DNA of 64,000 nucleotides from NCBI RefSeq assembly GCF_036971445.1, contig NC_091476.1, positions 92,132,001 to 92,196,000 of the forward strand. Direction: 5' to 3'. The DNA is from Narcine bancroftii (lineage: Eukaryota). The position numbers and the translations under genes are program-made. This document shows positions 51,091 through 64,000 of this stretch, piece by piece (position 1 is the stretch's first letter; each line of letters opens with the position of its first letter). The notes beneath the pieces are model-generated. The model had not been told where the DNA came from. It did no database searches and saw only the letters and a program-made list of their open reading frames with translations.

Positions 51091-51406
51091 CTGTTAGATA
51101 CCCCAGGCTAGCTACTGTCTGGATGCTGACGGTTTACCATCCCCATTATTCAATTCAATCCAGCTCCTTATTTTCCAACTGATCCATTGCACAGCCATGT
51201 TCAATAATTCAGATAATCAGTTTGCCCTTACGGATGTCATTCAGTCATTACCAGTTATAAAATCTAATGAGAAAACAAAGATGGAAATAAATTACCGGGG
51301 TGTGAAGTCTTTATTAAAGCTTCATTTTTCACACCTGTAAAGTGGTTGGAGAAGTGACCTCCTGAACAACCTGCCTGTGTTACACACTTAGGTATAAAGG
51401 TTAGTG

Positions 51407-52313
51407 GGTTGGTGCGAGAACACAGCCTTGCTTCACGCCATTGTTAATGGAGAAGGGTTCAGAGAGCTCATTGCTGTATCTGACCCGACCTTGTTGGTTT
51501 TCGTGCAGTTGGATAATCATGTTGAGGAACTTTGGGGGACATCCGATGCGCTCTAGTATTTGCCAAAGCCCTTTCCTGCTCACGGTGTCGAAGGCTTTGG
51601 TGAGGTCAACAAAGGTGATGTAGAGTCCTTTGTTTTGTTCTCTGCACTTTTCTTGGAGCTGTCTGAGGGCAAAGACCATGTCAGTGGTTCCTCTGTTTGC
51701 GCGAAAGCCGCACTGTGATTCTGGGAGAATTCTGGGCTCCTAGAACGCTTCCACCAGCGTTGTCTCCGCTCCATCCTCAACATCCATTGGAGCGCTCACA
51801 CCCCTAACGTCGAGGTACTCGAGATGGCAGAGGTCGACAGCATCGAGTCCACGCTGCTGAAGATCCAGCTGCGCTGGATGGGTCACGTCTCCAGAATGGA
51901 GGACCATCGCCTTCCCAAGATCGTATTATATGGCGAGCTCTCCACTGGCCACCGTGACAGAGGTGCACCAAAGAAAAGGTACAAGGACTGCCTAAAGAAA
52001 TCTCTTGGTGCCTGCCACATTGACCACCGCCAGTGGGCTGATAACGCCTCAAACCGTGCATCTTGGCGCCTCACAGTTTGGCGGGCAGCAGCCTCCTTTG
52101 AAGAAGACCGCAGAGCCCACCTCACTGACAAAAGGCAAAGGAGGAAAAACCCAACACCCAACCCCAACCAACCAATTTTCCCTTGCAACCGCTGCAATCG
52201 TGTCTGCCTGTCCCGCATCGGACTGGTCAGCCACAAACGAGCCTGCAGCTGACGTGGACTTTTTTACCCCCTCCATAAATCTTCGTCCGCGAAGCCAAGC
52301 CAAAGAAAGAAAG
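51407..52313 (+). mobile_element. RTE LINE with 5' inversion and 13-bp TSD
   Basis: TSD ataaaggttagtg at 51394-51406 and 52314-52326. 51407 to about 51730 is an antisense RT segment, and 51735-52313 is the sense 3' end. Confidence 0.93.
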
Positions 52314-54299
52314 ATAAAGGTTAGTGACACACAGGGTAGAGATAAATCTGCATTTTGTTTGTCACAAACTCATTGACTGTGTTGCTGAGACCGAGATGCC
52401 TGAAGCCATCAATCCTTCTATGAATTCTTCCAATAAAAATTATCTTAATCAAATCTTGCAGTTGGAACACTAGGTTGAAGGTCAAGTCTCCTCTGGTTGT
52501 CATGTGCAATATGTCTACCATATGGCCTCCACGTCTTCCACTGAGAGATCACTAATCAAAAATATATTAAGCTAACTCCCGATTAGGTACATACAATTAC
52601 CCACAATACTCTCTGGTTATTGGCAGATTATGACTGTGGCTCTGACCCCAATGTCCTGTTCTTGCTGACAACTACATAGTCCTAGCAACCACATTGGTTT
52701 CCTAACTGAGTTAGCTAATCAACATGGTTTTAAATCATTTAGGGTTCAGCACAATTGGAGGATGCAAGGAGTTCATATTGAAGTGGCAAAGTGTGGTTGG
52801 TTTGTGGATTGTCAGATTTGACGGTTTAAACTGCATTAATTGTGACAGCTGTAGTTTAAAAGCAACACAAGGCGCTAAAGCAGAGCATCATTGATACAAC
52901 GTTGAGCACACCCCCCGCCCCCCAAAAGGCTGGCTGGCAAGAGGTGGTTTGAAAGAAAGGTCATGTGTGCATTTTACGTTCACAACAATATGTGTCTTTG
53001 TCCCAGCAACAGGGCTTCATTAGTGGGGACACAGTGGCAGATGGCCCTTTGGCCTCCTGGGAGTTGGCATGCTTCGCAGTACGTGACAGAAGATTAACTC
53101 TGAGCATCATCACCTCTAAAGCCCCCTCTCCCTGCCCTGCTGTACCACTCCCTCTTCCTGGGGGGGGGAAAAGAACCATTAATTAACAGGACTCGTATCA
53201 ATAAAGGCTCAAACATACAGTAGCATTCCAACAGAGAACAATAAACAGAGTTTGAGGCATTGCACAATGCATCCAAACAAAAGGAACACGCTTTATGTGG
53301 GGCCCTGCATCCATCTATCCATTCCATTCCACCCAATCCAGCGGACTCACTCACTCCTTGTACTCCCTGGCCCTTGAACATCAAAGGCATTATCAATAAT
53401 GGGGATCAAGCCTCTGAGACCAGGACTAACTTGAGAGATCACCTCAGACTGCCTGAGGGCTTTGGACTGAGACACAGCCCATAGATCCTGAGCTGCATAT
53501 CTCCTCAGAACAAGGGCACCTATTCTGCTCGACATTCTCTGCTTTTGGTGTCTTCATTCTCTCCTGTTCAATAAATAACCCGGTAACCACAAAGCCCTAC
53601 ATAGTAAAACCATCAGGGGAAATTATCTGCTGTACCATTTCCTGTACATTTTTAATCCTAACACAGGGGTCACTGATAGTTTAGTAGATAATTGAAATAG
53701 CAGAGAATGGTTAAATTGAATTGAGCTTAAGGTAAAATGTACAAAGCTCTTTTTGTTTGCAGTTAAAATTAAAACAGATGAACAAATAACACAGTTACAT
53801 TAAACTTTTGGAAACCATGTTGCGAACAGACCTTAATTCACTCAGAGACAATCGATTATTATTCAGGAGCAAAATTATTGGAACAGGCAACATTTAAAAA
53901 AATCTTCTCCAGAAAAAGTAATGAATTTAAATGTCATGCAAGCAAGTTGTTTGCACGTGTTGGGACACCATCGGCATCAAAGTTTCTACAGCAAGGCAAC
54001 TTACTTTTTACCAAAGAGGAGCCATTAGTGACGTTCAAGATACTCTTCCTTGGTTGTGGCATATTCCACAATGGCTAAAGGCTCACGTTAAACAATTTCA
54101 ATTGTTCTCACAGCTGGGAACAGAGAGGGTCAAAAAAGTGCTGGAGAAAGGTAGTTGCCATTGAGAGTTTAGAATAAAGAGGCAAAATATTGAAGGGAAT
54201 TGTCCAAAACCATAGTTGTAATGTAGGGCACAATGTAAGATGGATGTTAAGGCTTATGCATCAAGGGTATCACCATAATTACGGTGGCATTAATTTAAA

Positions 54300-54525
54300 A
54301 AAAAATTTAGACTACAGCAAGGTAACAAGTCATTTTGGCCCATGAGACCGTGCTGCCCCATTTACACACAACCCCAGTACGTTTTGAACAGTGGGAGGAA
54401 ATCAGAGCTCCCGGAGAAACCCCACACAGACACGGAGAGAACATAAACTCCTTACGACTGCGCGGGATATGAAACCCGGTCCCGATTGCTGGCACTGTAA
54501 AGGTGTTGCGCTAACCGCTATGCCA
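54300..54525 (-). mobile_element. HE1-like SINE (CpG-rich, young-looking)
   Basis: Family match. Confidence 0.8.
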
Positions 54526-55779
54526 AAGGTCTTGCTCTATCCAGACTGGGAAAACTGTAAATGATGGATTCATGGAGTGTATAGCAATAGTTTTACTGCA
54601 ATTTTTAATTTTAGATCTAGTATTGTCCTATGAGATGGTAGCAGAGCAGCGTTTGGAGAACAATGATGAGAGCATAAAATGAAAGAGAGTGAGTTGATTC
54701 AGTGACCAATTTTAAACATTAAAAAAGCTTTCTATTAAGACATAATAAGTGAACTGGCTATAGTAGATTGGGAAACAGTATTAACATTAATGGCAGTAAA
54801 ACAGAATAGTTAAATATTGAATAATTAATACTTAATTTGCAAGTAAAATATTTGCCTGGAAGGGAGAAAAAGAATTGGAAAAATTAGTCCAGGTTTGGTC
54901 AATGAGGAAAGTTATAGCGAGACAAAAAGCAATAAAAAAAAATACTAGTGCAGACAATCTAAAAAAAAATCCAGAAGGTGCAGGAAATATTCATCAGGGC
55001 CTGCAATGTCTGTGGAGGGAGAAGTAGAATTAATGCTTCAGATGGATGGCTTTTGAAAGATCCTTAACCTGTAATGTTAATTATATCTCTTTTTTTGATA
55101 AATGCTGCCAGGTATCTCCAGAATTTTCTGCTTTTATTTGTGAAACTTAGCATTAATTCAAAAGGGTAAGATTTAAAATGAAGCCAAAAAAAAAACAATA
55201 AGCCTGAGTGTTGGCAAATTGCAGAATTCAGCAAATAAAATAAGGACCAAGATGCTGTTAAGGAAAGGGAAAATAGAATCTTAGGAGGAGTCAAGAAACA
55301 TTAAAACAGGTTGAAAGAACTTCCATAAGTATGTCAAAAAGGTAGCAAAATTAATATTCTAATATAATTCCCACTGGCAGTGGGAATACTGAATGACCAA
55401 AGGAACTGCTCGCACAAACATTCAAGACACATTTGTACAAAACAATATTTATTTATTTGCATGGATAAAATACTTGTCCTACATATGTATTATTTGTCTG
55501 TATGTGCATTACGTCTGGTTGTGTGTCTGTGTGTTTTGCGTCGAGAGCCAGAGAACGATGTTTCGTTGGGTTGTACTTGTACAATCAGATGACAATAAAC
55601 TTGACTAGATGTGATATAAAACATTTTTTTTGGCTGAGACAGAAGAAATTATGTTTGGGAATAAAATGATGATTAAAAAACACTTCACAGCAGGGGGGGG
55701 GGATACTGAAAACCTCATGAAAATAGTCCAGTGTAAACAAGGGAAAAAAAAATTGGATTAATTAAAAAAAAATTAGAGC

Positions 55780-57140
55780 AATTAAAAGGGCCTGCATCCA
55801 AAAACTTTTGCTTTGGAGGTGACTCGCAAGATTATGAATGTTCTGGTCGTCATCTTCAAAATTTCACAGATAATGGAATGGTTCCTAAAGTTTAAAAGGG
55901 ATCAAATGACACCCCACTTTTAAGAAAGGAGGGAGAGAGAGAGAACATAGGGATCTACAGACCAGTAAGCCTGACATTGTAGTGTGGTAAGCTGAAAAAT
56001 TTATCAAGTAAGGAAAGGTTACAGGGCACTTTTTGATAAATAGTAAGTCAATATGGGTTTATGAATGAGAAATCATGTGTGACAAATGACATGTTGTTTG
56101 AGATTGTAACTACTAATGCAATAATAAATTTCCACCTGAGATATTATTAAGCCAAGTTAGATGACATAGTATTGAGGAGTTGTATGGTGTTGTGGATTCA
56201 GAGCTGGTGAATAAATAAATGTAAGTGAGTCATTTTCAGGTTGGAAGGCTCTGATTTGTGCCATACAACTCTCAGAAACCCAAGGTGTTTGCAATGATTG
56301 AATGTGGTCATTATGTGTACTATATCTAAGTTTGCTCAGAGAGAGTGCGGGCTTGAGGAGGACACAGAAGCCTTCGGGAAGGGATAGAGATAACATGGCT
56401 GGACAAAGATAAGGCAATTGGAACATAAGGTAACTAAGTGTGAGACTGTGCACTTTAGCAAGAAAAAAAAATAGGATTTTTTTTAAATGGCAAGAGAAAG
56501 AGTTGAATTCAGAGGGGCCTGGGTGTCCTTGTGCACATATCCATTGAAAGGTGCAGCAAGCAATGTTTGCCTTAATTGATAAAGGATCTAAGAAAATGAG
56601 TAAATGTGTCTTGCTTCACTTATTAGGGCCCTTGTGAAACTACATCTGGAATATTGAGTGCAGGTCTGGGCTCTTCATTTAAGGAAATACAGAAGAAGTG
56701 CTGCGAGTGTTCACCAGATTGACCACTGGTGTGGACAGTTTTCAACGTGAGAGGCTGGAAGAACAGGTGTTTGCTCTTGATTTCAGTAGAATGAGAGGAG
56801 ATCTCATTAAAATGCACAAGACCGTTAAGGAGTTTGCCATTGTGGATACGTTGATGTTAATAATGGCTGGGTTGCTCAGAAGCAGGGGCCACAATCTCAA
56901 AATAAGGCATCTGACATTTATCGACTGTGAAGTACCTTCTCCCAGAAGTTAATGAATCTTTGGCGTTCACTATGAGGGGACAATGAAGACTCCATTTATG
57001 AGCATATTGAAGACAGAGATAAGTAGATTTTTATGCATTGAGAATATCAGAAGATAAAAGGTTATTGGCAGGTAAATGGCACTGAGGTAAAAACATCATC
57101 CATGATGGCAGAAAAACATAAGGAGCTAAAATATTTATTC
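55780..57140 (+). mobile_element. Old, heavily decayed CR1
   Basis: Remnants such as tacagaccagtaagcctgac (YRPVSLT), RMRGDLI and SRGHNLKI. Confidence 0.7.
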
Positions 57141-57730
57141 GCTGCAGGAGTTCCTTTTAAATCATTTGTGATTATTGCCAAGTTGTGACCAGCTGTGCTT
57201 GAAATCATTGGTGCAGCTGTGAAATTTGATGAGCTTTGGTGGGGTCCTGTAGGAAGGGTAAGAGGAGGTGTCTAAGAGTTGTCGTCAGGCTTCGGCCAGA
57301 TCAATGGTCACTTAAATCATTGGTGAGCAGCTTCACATGAATCCTGTGCCCATCAGACCAATTCCAGGCTGCAGCAGAACATGGCACTGGGCCAAAATGA
57401 TGCAATTCCTTTACCTCCAAAATCTTGACTCTGGTACTCTGGTTTGCTTTATTGCCTGTAGTGATGGTTTGTTATTTGCATTCAATTCTTGGCATGTCTT
57501 TTTTTATTCCACCCCCTTCCCCCCGCATAGTTACAACATGCTCAGCCATCAGGACAGAATATGCTTGAGGTGAGGATCACCTTGCTTTGAATATTAAAGC
57601 ACTAAAAGCAAGACCTATGAATGTATAGATTTTAAATACAATGCTGTTAAATACAATCTGATTAGATTACCTTCATTTAATGGTATTGAGTTACACCATT
57701 GAAACAATCTTCAATCAGAAACCTGTAGAG

Positions 57731-59348
57731 CAGGGGTGTCAACCTCAAATTCACGGAGGGCCAAAATTAAAAACTTGGACTAAGTCGAGGGCCGAACTAA
57801 ATATTTGTTGAAAATTTTCAACAACATCTGCATGTTTTCTCTTCTTTCAACATATGTAATGTTAAACTTTTTCTTATTAAAATAAATGTTTAATAATAGT
57901 TTTGGATAAACTCTTTCCAGAAGCATTAACAAATGAGAAATAAAATATTCAATAAATAATATTTCTCTATAGAGGATTTGCCAAATGTTGCTAGTGTGCT
58001 GTCGAATAGGAAAATCTGAGGGCTATTGAGAATGTGGGAGAATAACATGATTCCTGAAACAATCAAATGGGTGACTGATTGTGGGCATGAACTCCAGCAG
58101 GGTTATTTGCCATGCCCTTTTTCCATTGGTACAGATATCCTTTGATTTACACACTTTTCAAGTTTTATGCCTAATGAGCTTGTATCCAGGTGCAGGACCA
58201 TTTTTAACCAGGAATATATTTATCACTGTGACATGAAACTATTGGAAGATCGTTTTATCCTGAGATTAAAGTTCATAATACTTACTCAGGCCTGTGTGCG
58301 GGAGGGTGGGGTTTGCGGGCGATCGGGTTGGACAACGACATTGCGGGGGCATTGGCTCTCGCTGCAGGGCGGCATCTCGGCGGATCAGCGGCCCCGTCAT
58401 CGTGAGTCGCGGGTCGGCCTGCGGCAGGGAGGGGGAGTGGGCAACGGTCCTGGCGAGGTCAGGCCCCCTCCCTGAGTTTCTCCCGGACTCCCTTTGACCT
58501 GCTGAGTTTCTCCCTTCTGGTGTTTTTACGAGAGCCACAGTCTTTCACTCATGCATTGATGAGGGGGATCAAGGGCTAAACATTGTCAGGTACCTCTCTG
58601 CTGTATAAAGGATACAGTTTAACCTGCTGAGTTTCTCCAGTCTTGGGTTTACACGAGGTAGAGTCAAAGGGCCGAAGGGCCTGTTTCTGATCTGTAATGT
58701 TCTACGGACCCTGCTCTTCTTTCCGTGCCGGTGTCCCAGGACCTATCCAGGGCAGTCTCCGCGCTCAGGACCGCGCTGGGATCCCGGTCAGCGGTGGAGG
58801 AGCAGGTGAGCGTGGCTAATCCCGATCCAGCCCACGCCACTCCCGAGATTGGCGGGGGGTTCCACCCTACCTGCCCGATCAGCCTCGCTCTCCACGTGTA
58901 CTCCGGGCACCCGCCGCTGGTCCGGTGGGAAGGCACAGGGCGGCCGGCGCCCCCATCGCCCGCCAGGGAGCCCCAATCTTCCCTCCGGCGTCCCGACTCC
59001 ATCTGCAGCTCCAAGAAACGCTGTGCCACTGGGGTTCCGGGCGCTGGGAAGCGGCTTTGGCTTCCCCTGACACTGGCCAGGCCGCGCTGCGATGGGGGGG
59101 TGGGCGGGGGGACACGACAGCGTGTTTATAAAACCACGCACCACTACTTTTCAAGGACCAGGATTTTTCTCTCTCTCTCTCACCCTGGGACACAGCGGTT
59201 ACTGTGCATGCGCTATACTGGCGCGGCGGCCAGCGGGCCACCTCTAATACATTTTTGATATGATCTTGCGGGCCAAAATAATTATATCGCGGGCCAAATT
59301 TGGCCCGCGGGCCAAATTTGGCCCGCGGGCCAGAGTTTGACATGTGTG
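57731..59348. mobile_element. Young non-autonomous hAT element carrying GC-rich cargo
   Basis: Perfect 8-bp TSD ctgtagag at 57723-57730 and 59349-59356, caggggtgtcaa...tttgacatgtgtg termini, and ggcccgcgggcc subterminal repeats with intact CpGs. Confidence 0.92.
58368..59095 (+). pseudogene. Putative captured three-exon fragment of an unidentified host gene (58368-58401, 58740-58805, 59009 onward)
   Basis: Canonical AG/GT borders whose phases chain into one open frame: AASRRISGPVI-DLSRAVSALRTALGSRSAVEEQ-LQETLCHWGSGRWEAALASPD. Confidence 0.5.
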
Positions 59349-59584
59349 CTGTAGAGGCATGGGTGCAGAAATTTCTGGTGGAGATGAAAGAGGAGAGGGT
59401 CCAGTAAAAATAACAATTAATGCAATTGCTCAAATTAATCAGCTCATTCAAGATATTGGAATACTGGTCCAAATTCTCAGCATCACTGATGTCTACACAA
59501 ACAAAGGGCACGAAAGAGGCATTTTACACCATATTCTAAATTGAATTGAATTGTTTATTGTCACATGTCCCGAGATATTATTTT

Positions 59585-59825
59585 TTTAAAATTTAAATTT
59601 TAAATCTAGACACACAGCAAAGTAATAGAGGCTATTATGGCCCTCTGTGCCATACCCCTGGTACATTTCAAATGGTGGGAGAAACCAGAGTCCCCATGGA
59701 AAACCCACGCAGACACGGGGAGAACGTTCAAACACCTGACCGAAAGCACGGGATTCAAACCCTGGTCCCAATCGCTGGTGCTGTAAAGATGTCGCGCTAA
59801 CCACTACGCCAACTGTGCCGCCCTG
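59585..59825 (-). mobile_element. HE1-like SINE
   Basis: Family match. Confidence 0.8.
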
Positions 59826-61209
59826 AAAAACCTTTGCATGCCAATCCAGGGAAGTCAACCTCTCATTGAATAAAAGTAGTGCATTGTGTTAGAGAGAAAA
59901 TGTTTAGTTAAAACAGTGCGAGGGCAGTATCATTTTACGAATAAAAGATCCATTCAAGACAGATAAAAATGGGAAAGAACCTGTCCTTGAACCTGGGGTA
60001 CTCATGTATTGATGCAGGAGGAGAAGAGAAAGAAAGTATGACCTGGGTGGGATGGGTATTTTAATATATTGGTAGCAAGTCACAATTATTCCTGAAATGC
60101 AAACATAAATAACTTGAAAATTCAAATAAACCCCTCAAATTTTGGTGTCTTATTCAATGTGCAAGGTGAATCCTTGACTTACAGATAATGGGAGGTCAAC
60201 AGGCAGGGCCTAACAGGCTTCATGAGTAAATGGGAAAGGTAATTTATCATGGGTCACTTGCAGTAAACTCACGTTGCTGTATTTCATGAATAATGAAGTT
60301 AATGGAAACAAGCTTCAGGAGAGAGTATACAGCTGTTATTATGTACAAACAGAGGATGAATTTATACCAGAACTTTCAAAAAAAGCCAGCGAGTCAATGC
60401 CACAAAGCACCTGGATTCCTGCCACACTCAACATACACTCCCCACTTTTTCTATATCAATTTACTGATACCGATGCCAAACATTCTGGCAACTCTACCAT
60501 GGCATTACACTCCCTCAAAAATGAATTAAATTGAGGCGCGGGGTACAAATGTCAGGGCCTGAGCTGGAGAAGGAAGATGCTGGCGGAGAGTTTCCATTTT
60601 ATCTGAACGTGGATCTCCAATTGTTCCCCCTCCTCTCTTGAATGCAGCAATGCCTGCTGGGTACGAACAAGCACTTTTCTAAATTTCTTTGAGCACACTT
60701 CAATCCCGTTTGGGTGGCCAAAGCCTGGGCTCACGATATATCACTTGTACACTCAATTAGCCACAAAAGGTAAATTGAGTCACGGAGATTATGCCAATTG
60801 TACCTTCCATTCCTCTCGTACATGACTGTTTCATGTAACTGTCTGTGCCTGCCAGAAACTGTAAGTAGAAAGCTTGCACCTGGATATTGATAAACCTTTC
60901 AATATGATAATATAAGATTTCCAAATTAATTCATTTATAAAAGGTATTGGAATGGATCCGTCCACCATTTTCAAATGGAACAGCTATTACCCCATCCTGG
61001 ATATAGGCCAATTATCCACTTAGGAGCAAGGAGACTTGCGAGACTGATTAGCATTGAGCAGAGACCTTCAAGCATAATTGAATAATTTGGAAGAGATGAA
61101 ATGCTGCATGTTTCATCAGAGTGGATCAGAATTCAAGTCATGCCGTAATTGAAGGGAGAGGCCAAAGTTCCACCGACAACATTAGACAAACAGCTTGTAG
61201 TTTTCCAAC

Positions 61210-61620
61210 TCAAGCAAACAAAGAAATTGCTGGAGGAACTCAACAGAATAGACAGTCAACATTTCTGTTCAGGATTTTTCACCAAAGGTAAGATGCAGAT
61301 TATAAAATGGATAAAGAAGCTGGGGGAGGAGGGGCAGAGGTGATACGGAAGAGGAGAGAAGGTGTGAGAGGTGGAAAGACAGATGCAGTGAGAGATCACT
61401 AGGAAGGGGAAGGAAAGAAAAGTTAGGGGAGGGGAAGTAAGTCCAGGAGAAGGTATCAAAGAGGTAGAATCAGATGGCATTGGGGGTTATCTAAGATAAT
61501 AAAAATCATTGGGTCTTGCTGTTCGGTTTACAGTTGATGAGGAAGAAAATGATGTGGTTTTCCTCCATTTTACGTTTGGCCTTATTCTTGACGATGGATG
61601 ACGTGGAGAACAAATGTGTA
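61210..61620 (-). mobile_element. Decayed Penelope-like 3' end
   Basis: Same layout as 22725-23245: tgctggaggaactcaaca tail, purine tract on the plus strand, endonuclease C-terminus remnant. Confidence 0.5.
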
Positions 61621-64000
61621 GGAGTGGCTGGAGGTGTTAAAATATCCAACTGTTTTTTGCAGCAACTCTAATATCTAATGTGAGAACTCATCCCAACCTT
61701 CCAGTCCTTTCTTCCTGTGATGCCCCTTGCCCAGAAGGTTTAGCTCTATGCGATTCAATATAAATAGTTTGTCAAGATCTTGCTTTCCTGCCGTTGTCCT
61801 TTCAAAAAGTTCCTCTCTAGTTACAAACCCATCCGCAATAATTACCAACGATATTTTTCGCAGCTCTTTGTCTCCATTTCTTCCACTGAAACTTCCTTTC
61901 TCTCTCAACTATTCTTCCTCAATTTGGATTCTTCATTTGCTTCATCCATCTCTCCCACATCCTGCTCATAACTCTGCCTGTTCTTGCACACCTCTCTTAA
62001 ATTCCCATCACTCTCTCTGCCTATTCCCTTTTCTTTTATTCTCTCACTTCCCCATCCAACCCCTTTACTCTATCCACCCATTCAACCCTGTCTCTTACCA
62101 GGTTGTTATGCATCTATCTAAATGATCCTAATTGGACCTAATTGGATTCCAACAAGGTTGACCGAGTCAGACTCTGTCTAACTGCTGAATAACTGGGGCA
62201 CTATCTGGGCAAATTGCCTGGTTAACCCCACTTTGCATGGGAGTTTGAAAGGGCCTACTGCTAGGGTCACACCAGTGCTGCTTGTGAAAGAAACCTGAAG
62301 AATGAGATTTTCATTTGTGAGGTTCACAGATAGCGTTGTCAAGCCTTGCAGTGTAACACTGCTCAGGTTTCTCCATGTGATCTACTGAAATTTCTTGCCA
62401 TTCTCAGCATTTAGTGCAGGAACTGTGAGCTTTGCAGGGCAGCTTTCAATAAAACCTTCCAGTTTCAGAAAAATAATGCTACTGAGTAAATGGCTGCTGC
62501 AATGATGAGAGATGGGTGTTTTCTTAAGGGTTCAGAGGGGCCTGGACAGGCTCATGAGGAGTAAGGCCATGTTCTTCGTGCCTGAAGTCCACAGAGAGCC
62601 TCAGAAATAGAGCCAGGAGCTCCTGCCACGGAGCTGCTGCAGGGGTCTCTTCAAAAAGAGAATCCTGCACTTTGAAGAATGCTGGCAAATGACAATCTCC
62701 ACTTTTGAAGGGCTGAAGGAAAAGTAGATGACATTCACCTTCCATGAGTATGGAACTGGGGGACCTCCCTAATGCAGCAAACTGAGAAACATGGCCGAGA
62801 TTAGCAGCAGCAACGTGAATGATCCCGAGGTTGAGAAACTGAAAGTGATGGTGACCCCAACTTCCTGAACAAAGCACACAGTGCACTTGTGTTGTTGATG
62901 TCAGGGAAGACAGAACATAGGTCAACCATTTACCACTTTGAGTAGGAAAGTTTGTGTTCTGGGTGTCAAGGGGAACTTGCATTGTTTTTCAAAACAATGA
63001 GAACCCAAAGTTCACTCCAAACAAATTTAATATGTTGCATTGCTATTGAGGCATTTTATACAAATGAAAAAATAAAGCTAGAGAGACAGAAGAATTTCCC
63101 AAAGGGGTCTGAAACTTCCAGAAATATGCAGAAAACTGGTGTTATAGTATCTTCAGAGCATCATTTGTTACCATGTTCTAAAATTACAATGGAGGTGAGT
63201 TCATTTATTGGTGGAAATCTGCAAATCTAAGCAGGCTGTTGCCAATACCCAAGGGGTCAAGAACCTTGTTAAGTTAAAGTTTTCACCAGCTTCACAGTTC
63301 GTAAAAGCAATTTTGATAGTTCTCAGGCAGTTTTCGAGTCATTCTACCACAACAATACAAACCGTTGATATCAGATCAAAACCAGTCAATTCATCCCAAC
63401 TATATGGCACATTATTTGTGCAACAGCCCTCCTCATACACATCGATGATAAGCACAGTCCTATCACATGATTCAAAATCAAATATGGGGTTTTGCAAAAT
63501 TAGGGAAATGGTTCCATGTGACACATTTTTTCCCAATTTAGGTCTGAAAGCATTGACTGCCGCCGGCTTATCGTCGAGCTGAATCTGCCTACCAGGATGA
63601 GCTACGGCATTTATTCCATTCAACCCAAGTCAATCATGATGGGAGAAGAGACCCTTGAACCTGCCTCCCTAACCCATTAGGCCAGTTCCTCTTTATCTTG
63701 GACAACTCTATTTACTTCGGTGCTTAAATCCAAACAAAAGCTGTGAAGATCATTTGACTCTGCATCTACAGTCTTCTGAGGGGGAGTCCTACAGATTTCC
63801 ATAACTCCTATATACAAAAAAAAGTACATCATAATTTCTTCATCCCTGCTGCAAATTGAAGTTGACTACCCCGCACTAGAATTTTGCTGTTCCACTTCAA
63901 TCAAATATCATCAACGTAAACAGATGTGAGGCCAATCACTTCCTACCAAACTTCCATATTTAACATTTATGCAATCTCCTCCAATAATTTGACCCTTTAT

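Noticed and set aside
62524-62982. 152-aa minus-strand ORF, and a faintly protein-like plus frame
   Set aside because: No recognisable domain or convincing splice sites, and the plus frame has several stops.
1-64000. Most short ORFs in the track, and any prokaryotic system such as CRISPR or operons
   Set aside because: The DNA is eukaryotic and intronic. The ORFs are chance frames or TE fragments, and there is no repeat-spacer array.

Overview
Vertebrate intronic DNA. The repeat families (HE1/V-SINE-like SINEs, CR1, Penelope tails) point to a cartilaginous fish (shark or ray). The only host gene I can support is a Roundabout receptor on the minus strand, most likely ROBO3. It has four canonical GT-AG exons for Ig2-Ig3 (10941-10784, 10071-9951, 7166-7028, 5995-5868) and a 12-nt microexon (375-364) surrounded by NOVA/RBFOX motifs, at the position of mammalian Robo1/2 exon 6b. 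Everything above 10941 appears to be one intron of at least 53 kb, packed with nested transposons. These include a full-length L1 with a 15-bp TSD and a 5' YY1 site, CR1, Rex1/Babar, young RTE copies with twin-priming inversions, Penelope ends with hammerhead remnants, a foldback Tc1, hAT MITEs, solo LTRs and a 5S-derived SINE. One young hAT element (57731-59348) seems to have captured a three-exon piece of another gene. All calls were made by eye; repeat boundaries without TSDs are approximate.
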